A stretch of DNA of 64,000 nucleotides from the NCBI RefSeq assembly GCF_009914755.1, contig NC_060948.1; one strand, written 5' to 3'. Under the pieces are notes generated by a model, which saw nothing but the letters and a program-made list of their open reading frames with translations, did no database searches and was not told where the DNA came from. Positions 1-11,570 of this stretch are shown one piece after another. Position numbers and translations under genes: made by a program. This stretch comes from the human T2T-CHM13v2.0 reference genome, Homo sapiens. Numbering within the stretch: the first letter of the stretch is position 1; each line of letters starts with the position of its first letter.

Positions 1-394
1 ATCACAGAGAAGTTTCTCGGAATGTTTCTGTGTAGTTTTTATGTGAAGATATTGCCTTTTCCACAATAGGCCTCAAAGCGTTCCAAATATCCAATTGCAG
101 ATTCCACAAAAAAAGTTTTTTAAAACTGCTCAATCAAATGATAGATTAAACTCTGTGAGATTAGTGCACACATGTCAAAAAAGTTTCTCAGAATGCTTCT
201 GTGTACTTTTTAGGGGAAGATATTTCCTTTTCCACCATCGGCCACAAAGGACTCCAAATAACCACATGCAGATTCTAGTAACACAGAGTTTCAAAACTGC
301 TCTATCAAAAGATAAGTTCAACTCTGAGAGTTTAGTGCAACCATCGTGAAGAAGTTTCTCAGAATGCTTCTGAGTAGTGTTTATGTGAAGATAT

Positions 395-411
395 TTCCTT
401 TTCCACCATAG
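395..411 (+). other. pJ-alpha (A-box) motif occupying the position where B-type monomers carry a CENP-B box (example; recurs in every HOR)
   Basis: ttccttttccaccatag matches the TTCCTTTTYCACCRTAG A-box consensus. Further exact matches at 1920-1936, 4644-4660, 4985-5001 and 5156-5172; degenerate versions occur in the other monomers. Confidence 0.8.
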
Positions 412-3249
412 GCCTGAAAGCCCTCCAAATATCCACTTGCAGATCCTACAAAAAGAAAGTTTCGAAATGCTCTCTCAAACGATAGTTTCGACTCTGTGGT
501 ACGAATACACACATCACAAAGAAGTTTCTCAGAATGCTTCTGTGTAGTTTTTAAATGAAGATATTTCTTTTTCCACCATAGGCCTCAAAGCACTCCAAAT
601 ATGCACTTCCAGATTCTACAAAAAGAGTGTTTCAGAACTGCTCAATCAAAAGGAAGGTTCCAGTCTGAGACAAATACACACATCAAAAGGTAGTTTCTCA
701 GAATGCTTCTGTGTAGTTTTTATGTGAAGATATTTTCCTTTCCACCATAGGCCACAAATGGCTCTAAATACCCACTTACATTTTCCACAAAAAGAGAGTT
801 TCAAAACTGCTCTACCAAAGGTAAGTTTAACGCTGTGAGTTAAGAACATCACAAAGAAGTTTCTCAGAATGCTTCTGTGTAGTTCTTACGTAAAGATATT
901 TCCTTTTACACAATAGGCAGAAAAGTGCTCCAAATATCCACTTGAAGATTCTACAAAAACCGTGTTTCAAAACTGCCGAATCAAAAGAAAGGTTCAACTC
1001 TGTGAGATGAATGCACACATAACAAAGGAGTTTCTCAGAATGCTTCTGTGTAGCTTTTATATGAAGACATTTAGTTTTCCACAACAGGCCTCAAAGCTCT
1101 CTCCATATCCACTTGCAGATTCTACCGAAAGAGTGCTTCGAAACTGCTCAATCAAAAGAGACATTCAAATCTGTGAGGTGAATGCAGACATCGTAAAGAA
1201 GTTTCTCAGAATGCTTCTGTGTATTTTTTGTGTGAAGTTATTCGTTTTTGCACCATAGGCCTCCAAGCGTTCTAAATATCCACTTCTAGATTCTACAAAA
1301 AGAGAGTTTCAAAACTACTCAAACAAAAGGTTCAATTCTGTGAGTTGAAAGCAAACATCACAAAGAAGTTTCTCAGAATGCGTCTGTGTAGTTTTTATGT
1401 GAAGATATTTCCTTTTCACAGTAGAATGCAAAGGGCTCCAAATATCCACTTGGAGATTCTACAAAAAGAGTTTCAAAACCGCTCTGTCAAATGATAGGTT
1501 GAACTCCCGGAGGTGAATACACACATCACAAAGAGGTTTCTCAGCATGCTTCTGTGTAGTTTTTATGTAAACATATTTCCGTTTCTATCATAGGCCTCAA
1601 AGTGCTCCAAATATTCACTTGTACATTCTACCAAACGAGTATTTCAAAACTGCTCAATCAAACGGAAGGTTCAAAACCGTGACATGAATGCCCACATCAC
1701 AAAGTAGTTTCTCAGAATGCTTCTGTGTAGTTTTTATGTGAAGATATTTCCTTTTCCACAACAGCGTGCAAAACGCTTCAAATATGCCCTTAGAGATTCC
1801 ACAAAAAGAGTGTTTCCAAACTACTCAAATCAAAAAATGATTTCAACTCTGTGAGATGAATGCACACATCACAAACTAGTTTCTCAGAATGTTTCTGCCT
1901 GGTTCTCATGCGAAGATAGTTCCTTTTTCACCATAGGCCGCAATGTACTCCAAATATCCACCTGCAGATTCTACAAAAGTGAGTTTCAAAACTGCTCTAT
2001 CAAAAGATCAGTTCGTCTCTGTGAGTTGAATGCATACATCAAAAAGAAGCTTCTCAAAATGCTTCTGTGTGGTTTTTCGGTGAAGATAGTTCTTTTTCTA
2101 CCATAGGTCTCAAACCACTCCAAATATCCACTTGTAGATTCTATAAAAAGGAATGTTCAAAATTGCTCAATAAAAATAAAGTTTCAACACCGTGAGATGA
2201 GTGCACAAATCACAAAGGAGTTTCTCAAAATGCTTCTGGGTAGTTTTTCTGTGAAGATAGTTCCTTTTCTACCATGGGCCACAAAGGGCTCCAAATACCC
2301 ACTTGCAGATTCTACAAAAAGAGAGTTTCACAACTGCTCTATCAAACAATATGTTCAACTTTGTGGGTTGAACACAAATATCACAAGAATTTTCTCCCAA
2401 TGCTTCTGTGTAGTTTTTATGTGAAGACATTTCTTTTCCCTCCATAGTCCACAAAGTGCTCCAAATATCCACTTACATATTCTAGAAAAAGATTGCTTGG
2501 AAACTGCACAATGAAAAGAAAGGTTCAAATATATGAGATGAATGCACACATCACAAAGAAGTTTCTCAGAATCTCTCTGTGTAATTTTTATGTGAAGATA
2601 TTTCCTTTCCCACCTTAGGTCTTAAAACGCTCCAAATATCCACTTGCAGATACTACAAGAAGATTGTTTCAAAACTGCACAAAAAAAGAAATGTTCAATT
2701 CTGTTTGATGAATGCACACATCACAAAGAAGTTTCTCAGAATGCTTCTCTGTAGTTTTTATGTGAAGATATTTCCTTTTCCACAATAGGCCTCAAAGGGC
2801 TCCAAATATCCACTTCCAGATTCTATGAAAAGAATATTTCCAAACTGCTCAATCATAGGAAATGTTCAACTCTGTGAGATGAATGCACACATCACAAGAA
2901 ATTTCTCAGAATCCTTCAGTGTAGGTTTTATGAGAAGATAATTCCTTTTCCACAATAGTTCTCAAAGCACTCAAAATATCCACTTGCAGATTCTACAAAA
3001 GGAGTATTTCAAAACTGCTCAATCAAAAGAAAGGTTCAACTCTGTGAGATGAATGGACACATCACAAAGAAGTTTCTCAGAATGCTTCTGTGTAGTATTT
3101 TTGTGAAGATATTTCTTTTCCACCATAGACCGCCAGGGGACACAAATATCCACTTTCAGATTCTACAACAAGAGAGGTTCAAAACTACTCGATCAAGAGA
3201 TGGTTTCAACTATGTGAGTTGAATGCACACATCACAAAGAACTATGTCG

Positions 3250-3255
3250 GAATTC
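3250..3255. other. EcoRI site (GAATTC), the only one noticed per HOR, retained in all 11 copies
   Basis: actatgtcgGAATTCttctg recurs every 5,785 bp. This predicts the classical ~5.7-kb EcoRI band of Y alphoid DNA. Uniqueness within the unit was checked by eye only. A HindIII site (AAGCTT, 2047-2052) shows the same periodicity. Confidence 0.75.
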
Positions 3256-4591
3256 TTCTGTGTAGTTTTTATGTGAAGATATTTCCTTTTCCACAATAGA
3301 CGTCAAAGTGATCCAGATATCCACTTGCAGATTCCACAAAAAGAGTGTTTCAAAAGTGCACAACCAAAAGAAAGGTTCAACTAGGTGAGATGAATGCACA
3401 CATCAGAAGGAAGTTTCTCAGAATGCTTCTGCATAGCTTTTAAGGGAAGATACTTCCTTTTCCAACATAGGCCTCAAAGCACTCCAAATATCCTCCTGGA
3501 GATACCACAAAAAGAGTGTTTGCAAACTGCTCAATCAAAAGAAAGATTTAACTCTGTGAGATGAATCCACACATGACAAAGAAGTTTCTCAGAATGCTTC
3601 TGTGTAGTTTTTATGTGAAGATATTTCCTTTTCCACAATAAGACCCAAAAGGCTCCAAATATTCACTTGCAGATTCTAAAAAAAACAGTGTTTCAAAACT
3701 GCTCAATCAAAAGATATTTCAACTCTGTGAGAAGAATGCTCACATCACTGAGAAGTTTCTCAGAATGCTTCTGTGTAGTTTTTATATGAAGATATTTCCT
3801 TTCCCACCGTAGGCCACAAAAGGCTCCAAATATCCACTTGCAGATACTATGAAAAGAGAGTTTCAAAACTGCTCATTCAAAAGATAGGTTCAACTCTGTG
3901 GTTTGAATGCACACAGCACAAAGAAGTTTCACAGAATGTGTCTGTGTAGTTTTTATGTGCGGATGTTTCCTTTTCCACCATATGCCTAAATATTTCCCAA
4001 TTTCCACTTGCAGATTCTACAAGAAGAGTGTTTCAAAACTGCTGTATCAAATAAAGTTGAACTCTGTGAGGTGAATGCACACAGCACAAAATGGTTTCTC
4101 AGAATGCTTCCTTGTTGTTTTTATATGAAGATGTTTCCTTTTCAACAATAGGCCTCAAAGTGCTTCAAATGTCCACTTGCAGATTCTACAAAAAGAGTGT
4201 TTCAAAACTGCTCAATCAAAAGAAAGGTTCGACTCTGGGAAATTAATGCACACATCACAAAGAAGTTTCTCAGCTTCTGTGTAGTTTTCATGTGAAGTTA
4301 TTTCCTTTTCCACAATAGGCCGCAAAGGGCTCCAAATATCAACTTACAGATTCTAGGAAAAGAGAGTTTCAAAACTGCTCTACGAAAAGATAGGTTGAAC
4401 TCTGTGAGATGAATGCACACATCACAAAGAAGTTTCTCAGAATGCATCTGTGTAGTTTTTACGGGAAGACATTTCCTTTTCCACCATCTTCCACAAAGGT
4501 CTCCAAGTAACCACTTGCAGATTCTACAGAAAGACACTTTAAAAACTGCTCTATCAAAAGATCAGTTCAAGTCTGTGGTTTGAATGCACAC

Positions 4592-5616
4592 ATCACAAAG
4601 AATTTTCTCAGAATGCTTCTGTGTAGTTTTCATATGAAGATATTTCCTTTTCCACCATAGGCCTCAAAGCACTCCAAATATCCACTTGCAGATTCTACAA
4701 AAAGAGATTTTCAAAACTAGTCAATCAAAAGAAAGGTTCAACTCTGTCAGTTGAATGCACATATCACAAACAAGTTTCTCGGAATGCGTCTGTGTAGTTT
4801 TTATGTGAAGATATTTCCTTCTCCACAACAGGCCTCAAAGTGCTCCGAATATCCACTTGCAGATTTTACTAAAGAGTGTTTCCAAACTGCTCAATCAAGA
4901 GGAAGTTTCAAGTCTGTGAGCTGAACGCACACATCACAAAGTAGTTTCTGAGAATGCTTCTGTGTAGTTTTTATGTGAAGATGTTTCCTTTTCCACCATA
5001 GGCTGCAAAGGGCTCCAAATATCCACTTGCAGATTCTACAAAAAGAGAGTTTCAAAAGTGCTCTATCAAAAGATAGGTTCAACTATGTGATATGAATGCA
5101 CACATCACAAAGTAGTTTCTCAGAATGCTTCTGTGTAGTTTTTATGTAAAGATATTTCCTTTTCCACCATAGGCCTCAAAGCACTCCAAATATCCACTTG
5201 CAGATTCTACAAAAAGAGATTTTCAAAACTATTTAATCAAAAGAAAGGTTCAAATCTGTCAGTTGAAGGTACATATCACAAACAAGTTTATTGGAATGCT
5301 TCTGTGTAGTTTTTATGTGAAGATATTTCCTTTTCCACAACAGGCCTCAAGGTGCTCCAAATATCCACTTGCAGATTTCACTAAAAGTGTGTTTCCAAGC
5401 TGCTCAATCAAGAGGAAGTTTCAAGTCTGTGAGGTGAATGCACACATTACAAAGAAGTTACTGAGAATGCTTCTGTGTAGTTTTTATGTGAAGATATTTC
5501 CTTTTCCACCGCAGGCCTCAAAGCGCTGCAAATATCCACTTGCAGATTCTACAAAAAGAGAGTTTCAAAACTGCTGTATCAAAAGATAGGGTCAACTCTG
5601 CGAGTTGAATAAACAC
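4592..5616 (-). repeat. Diverged internal trimer duplication within the 34-mer (monomers 28-30 vs 31-33), present in every HOR copy
   Basis: Rare diagnostic strings recur at +512/513 bp: gagattttcaaaacta (4704/5216), tctgtcagttgaa..acatatcacaaacaagttt (about 4744/5255), and aagaggaagtttcaagtctgtgag (4897/5410). Confidence 0.85.
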
Positions 5617-5785
5617 ATCACAAATAAGTTCCTGGGAACGCTTCTGTATAGTTTTATGTGAATATATTTCCTTTTCCACCATATGCCTCAAAGCACTCCA
5701 AATATCCACTTGCACATTATAGAAACATAGTCTTTCAAAACTTGTCAATCAAAGAAAGGTTCAACTCCGTGAGATGAGTGCACAC

Positions 5786-8700
5786 ATCACAGAGAAGTTT
5801 CTCGGAATGTTTCTGTGTAGTTTTTATGTGAAGATATTGCCTTTTCCACAATAGGCCTCAAAGCGTTCCAAATATCCAATTGCAGATTCCACAAAAAAAG
5901 TTTTTTAAAACTGCTCAATCAAATGATAGATTAAACTCTGTGAGATTAGTGCACACATGTCAAAAAAGTTTCTCAGAATGCTTCTGTGTACTTTTTACGG
6001 GAAGATATTTCCTTTTCCACCATCGGCCACAAAGGACTCCAAATAACCACATGCAGATTCTAGTAACACAGAGTTTCAAAACTGCTCTATCAAAAGATAA
6101 GTTCAACTCTGAGAGTTTAGTGCAACCATCGTGAAGAAGTTTCTCAGAATGCTTCTGAGTAGTGTTTATGTGAAGATATTTCCTTTTCCACCATAGGCCT
6201 GAAAGCCCTCCAAATATCCACTTGCAGATCCTACAAAAAGAAAGTTTCGAAATGCTCTCTCAAACGATAGTTTCGACTCTGTGGTATGAATACACACATC
6301 ACAAAGAAGTTTCTCAGAATGCTTCTGTGTAGTTTTTAAATGAAGATATTTCTTTTTCCACCATAGGCCTCAAAGCACTCCAAATATGCACTTCCAGATT
6401 CTACAAAAAGAGTGTTTCAGAACTGCTCAATCAAAAGGAAGGTTCCAGTCTGAGACAAATACACACATCAAAAGGTAGTTTCTCAGAATGCTTCTGTGTA
6501 GTTTTTATGTGAAGATATTTTCCTTTCCACCATAGGCCACAAATGGCTCTAAATACCCACTTACATTTTCCACAAAAAGAGAGTTTCAAAACTGCTCTAC
6601 CAAAGGTAAGTTTAACGCTGTGAGTTAAGAACATCACAAAGAAGTTTCTCAGAATGCTTCTGTGTAGTTCTTACGTAAAGATATTTCCTTTTACACAATA
6701 GGCAGAAAAGTGCTCCAAATATCCACTTGAAGATTCTACAAAAACCGTGTTTCAAAACTGCCGAATCAAAAGAAAGGTTCAACTCTGTGAGATGAATGCA
6801 CACATAACAAAGGAGTTTCTCAGAATGCTTCTGTGTAGCTTTTATATGAAGACATTTAGTTTTCCACAACAGGCCTCAAAGCTCTCTCCATATCCACTTG
6901 CAGATTCTACCGAAAGAGTGCTTCCAAACTGCTCAATCAAAAGAGACATTCAAATCTGTGAGGTGAATGCAGACATGGTAAAGAAGTTTCTCAGAATGCT
7001 TCTGTGTATTTTTTGTGTGAAGTTATTCGTTTTTGCACCATAGGCCTCCAAGCGTTCTAAATATCCACTTCTAGATTCTACAAAAAGAGAGTTTCAAAAC
7101 TACTCAAACAAAAGGTTCAATTCTGTGAGTTGAAAGCAAACATCACAAAGAAGTTTCTCAGAATGCGTCTGTGTAGTTTTGATGTGAAGATATTTCCTTT
7201 TCACAGTAGAATGCAAAGGGCTCCAAATATCCACTTGGAGATTCTACAAAAAGAGTTTCAAAACCGCTCTGTCAAATGATAGGTTGAACTCCCGGAGGTG
7301 AATACACACATCACAAAGAGGTTTCTCAGCATGCTTCTGTGTAGTTTTTATGTAAACATATTTCCGTTTCTATCATAGGCCTCAAAGTGCTCCAAATATT
7401 CACTTGTACATTCTACCAAACGAGTATTTCAAAACTGCTCAATCAAATGGAAGGTTCAAAACCGTGACATGAATGCCCACATCACAAAGTAGTTTCTCAG
7501 AATGCTTCTGTGTAGTTTTTATGTGAAGATATTTCCTTTTCCACAACAGCGTGCAAAACGCTTCAAATATGCCCTTAGAGATTCCACAAAAAGAGTGTTT
7601 CCAAACTACTCAAATCAAAAAATGATTTCAACTCTGTGAGATGAATGCACACATCACAAACTAGTTTCTCAGAATGTTTCTGCCTGGTTCTCATGCGAAG
7701 ATAGTTCCTTTTTCACCATAGGCCGCAATGTACTCCAAATATCCACCTGCAGATTCTACAAAAGTGAGTTTCAAAACTGCTCTATCAAAAGATCAGTTCG
7801 TCTCTGTGAGTTGAATGCATACATCAAAAAGAAGCTTCTCAAAATGCTTCTGTGTGGTTTTTCGGTGAAGATAGTTCTTTTTCTACCATAGGTCTCAAAC
7901 CACTCCAAATATCCACTTGTAGATTCTATAAAAAGGAATGTTCAAAATTGCTCAATAAAAATAAAGTTTCAACACCGTGAGATGAGTGCACAAATCACAA
8001 AGGAGTTTCTCAAAATGCTTCTGGGTAGTTTTTCTGTGAAGATAGTTCCTTTTCTACCATGGGCCACAAAGGGCTCCAAATACCCACTTGCAGATTCTAC
8101 AAAAAGAGAGTTTCACAACTGCTCTATCAAACAATATGTTCAACTTTGTGGGTTGAACACAAATATCACAAGAATTTTCTCCCAATGCTTCTGTGTAGTT
8201 TTTATGTGAAGACATTTCTTTTCCCTCCATAGTCCACAAAGTGCTCCAAATATCCACTTACATATTCTAGAAAAAGATTGCTTGGAAACTGCACAATGAA
8301 AAGAAAGGTTCAAATATATGAGATGAATGCACACATCACAAAGAAGTTTCTCAGAATCTCTCTGTGTAATTTTTATGTGAAGATATTTCCTTTCCCACCT
8401 TAGGTCTTAAAACGCTCCAAATATCCACTTGCAGATACTACAAGAAGATTGTTTCAAAACTGCACAAAAAAAGAAATGTTCAATTCTGTTTGATGAATGC
8501 ACACATCACAAAGAAGTTTCTCAGAATGCTTCTCTGTAGTTTTTATGTGAAGATATTTCCTTTTCCACAATAGGCCTCAAAGGGCTCCAAATATCCACTT
8601 CCAGATTCTATGAAAAGAATATTTCCAAACTGCTCAATCATAGGAAATGTTCAACTCTGTGAGATGAATGCACACATCACAAGAAATTTCTCAGAATCCT

Positions 8701-11570
8701 TCAGTGTAGGTTTTATGAGAAGATAATTCCTTTTCCACAATAGTTCTCAAAGCACTCAAAATATCCACTTGCAGATTCTACAAAAGGAGTATTTCAAAAC
8801 TGCTCAATCAAAAGAAAGGTTCAACTCTGTGAGATGAATGGACACATCACAAAGAAGTTTCTCAGAATGCTTCTGTGTAGTATTTTTGTGAAGATATTTC
8901 TTTTCCACCATAGACCGCCAGGGGACACAAATATCCACTTTCAGATTCTACAACAAGAGAGGTTCAAAACTACTCGATCAAGAGATGGTTTCAACTATGT
9001 GAGTTGAATGCACACATCACAAAGAACTATGTCGGAATTCTTCTGTGTAGTTTTTATGTGAAGATATTTCCTTTTCCACAATAGACGTCAAAGTGATCCA
9101 GATATCCACTTGCAGATTCCACAAAAAGAGTGTTTCAAAAGTGCACAACCAAAAGAAAGGTTCAACTAGGTGAGATGAATGCACACATCAGAAGGAAGTT
9201 TCTCAGAATGCTTCTGCATAGCTTTTAAGGGAAGATACTTCCTTTTCCAACATAGGCCTCAAAGCACTCCAAATATCCTCCTGGAGATACCACAAAAAGA
9301 GTGTTTGCAAACTGCTCAATCAAAAGAAAGATTTAACTCTGTGAGATGAATCCACACATGACAAAGAAGTTTCTCAGAATGCTTCTGTGTAGTTTTTATG
9401 TGAAGATATTTCCTTTTCCACAATAAGACCCAAAAGGCTCCAAATATTCACTTGCAGATTCTAAAAAAAACAGTGTTTCAAAACTGCTCAATCAAAAGAT
9501 AGTTCAACTCTGTGAGAAGAATGCTCACATCACTGAGAAGTTTCTCAGAATGCTTCTGTGTAGTTTTTATATGAAGATATTTCCTTTCCCACCGTAGGCC
9601 ACAAAAGGCTCCAAATATCCACTTGCAGATACTATGAAAAGAGAGTTTCAAAACTGCTCATTCAAAAGATAGGTTCAACTCTGTGGTTTGAATGCACACA
9701 GCACAAAGAAGTTTCACAGAATGTGTCTGTGTAGTTTTTATGTGCGGATGTTTCCTTTTCCACCATATGCCTAAATATTTCCCAATTTCCACTTGCAGAT
9801 TCCACAAGAAGAGTGTTTCAAAACTGCTGTATCAAATAAAGTTGAACTCTGTGAGGTGAATGCACACAGCACAAAATGGTTTCTCAGAATGCTTCCTTGT
9901 TGTTTTTATATGAAGATGTTTCCTTTTCAACAATAGGCCTCAAAGTGCTTCAAATGTCCACTTGCAGATTCTACAAAAAGAGTGTTTCAAAACTGCTCAA
10001 TCAAAAGAAAGGTTCGACTCTGGGAAATTAATGCACACATCACAAAGAAGTTTCTCAGCTTCTGTGTAGTTTTCATGTGAAGTTATTTCCTTTTCCACAA
10101 TAGGCCGCAAAGGGCTCCAAATATCAACTTACAGATTCTAGGAAAAGAGAGTTTCAAAACTGCTCTACGAAAAGATAGGTTGAACTCTGTGAGATGAATG
10201 CACACATCACAAAGAAGTTTCTCAGAATGCATCTGTGTAGTTTTTACGGGAAGACATTTCCTTTTCCACCATCTTCCACAAAGGTCTCCAAGTAACCACT
10301 TGCAGATTCTACAGAAAGACACTTTAAAAACTGCTCTATCAAAAGATCAGTTCAAGTCTGTGGTTTGAATGCACACATCACAAAGAATTTTCTCAGAATG
10401 CTTCTGTGTAGTTTTCATATGAAGATATTTCCTTTTCCACCATAGGCCTCAAAGCACTCCAAATATCCACTTGCAGATTCTACAAAAAGAGATTTTCAAA
10501 ACTAGTCAATCAAAAGAAAGGTTCAACTCTGTCAGTTGAATGCACATATCACAAACAAGTTTCTCGGAATGCGTCTGTGTAGTTTTTATGTGAAGATATT
10601 TCCTTCTCCACAACAGGCCTCAAAGTGCTCCGAATATCCACTTGCAGATTTTACTAAAGAGTGTTTCCAAACTGCTCAATCAAGAGGAAGTTTCAAGTCT
10701 GTGAGCTGAACGCACACATCACAAAGTAGTTTCTGAGAATGCTTCTGTGTAGTTTTTATGTGAAGATGTTTCCTTTTCCACCATAGGCTGCAAAGGGCTC
10801 CAAATATCCACTTGCAGATTCTACAAAAAGAGAGTTTCAAAAGTGCTCTATCAAAAGATAGGTTCAACTATGTGATATGAATGCACACATCACAAAGTAG
10901 TTTCTCAGAATGCTTCTGTGTAGTTTTTATGTAAAGATATTTCCTTTTCCACCATAGGCCTCAAAGCACTCCAAATATCCACTTGCAGATTCTACAAAAA
11001 GAGATTTTCAAAACTATTTAATCAAAAGAAAGGTTCAAATCTGTCAGTTGAAGGTACATATCACAAACAAGTTTATTGGAATGCTTCTGTGTAGTTTTTA
11101 TGTGAAGATATTTCCTTTTCCACAACAGGCCTCCAGGTGCTCCAAATATCCACTTGCAGATTTCACTAAAAGTGTGTTTCCAAGCTGCTCAATCAAGAGG
11201 AAGTTTCAAGTCTGTGAGGTGAATGCACACATTACAAAGAAGTTACTGAGAATGCTTCTGTGTAGTTTTTATGTGAAGATATTTCCTTTTCCACCGCAGG
11301 CCTCAAAGCGCTGCAAATATCCACTTGCAGATTCTACAAAAAGAGAGCTTCAAAACTGCTGTATCAAAAGATAGGGTCAACTCTGCGAGTTGAATAAACA
11401 CATCACAAATAAGTTTCTGGGAACGCTTCTGTATAGTTTTATGTGAATATATTTCCTTTTCCACCATATGCCTCAAAGCACTCCAAATATCCACTTGCAC
11501 ATTATAGAAACATAGTCTTTCAAAACTTGTCAATCAAAGAAAGGTTCAACTCCGTGAGATGAGTGCACAC
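5786..11570 (-). repeat. HOR copy 2
   Basis: Exact 5,785-bp offset from copy 1. Private alleles: C5998, G6977, C11348. Confidence 0.97.

Larger units (their letters stand above)
1..5785 (-). repeat. HOR copy 1 (34 monomers; phase set arbitrarily by the window start)
   Basis: Starts atcacagagaagtttctcgg, and the same string restarts at 5786. Approximate monomer starts: 1, 172, 343, 513, 682, 848, 1019, 1190, 1357, 1525, 1696, 1868, 2038, 2209, 2380, 2550, 2720, 2891, 3061, 3231, 3402, 3573, 3744, 3915, 4083, 4254, 4421, 4592, 4763, 4933, 5104, 5275, 5446, 5617. Private alleles: G1140, T3717. Confidence 0.97.

Noticed and set aside
2168-2180. Tandem AATAAA motifs (aataaaaataaa) as a polyadenylation signal for centromeric transcripts
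   Set aside because: Expected by chance in AT-rich satellite, and there is no transcript evidence in the sequence.
1505-4466. CCCG, CGGG and TTCG strings (about 1506, 4462, 1241 and 1578) as candidate CENP-B boxes
   Set aside because: None has the full TTCG-N4-A-N2-CGGG spacing on either strand.
172-5616. Possible strict dimer or trimer periodicity across the whole HOR (monomers with ggccacaaaggg or ctctatcaaaagata: 2, 5, 12, 14, 23, 26, 27, 30)
   Set aside because: A monomer subtype exists but its spacing is irregular. Only the 28-30/31-33 duplication is supportable by eye.
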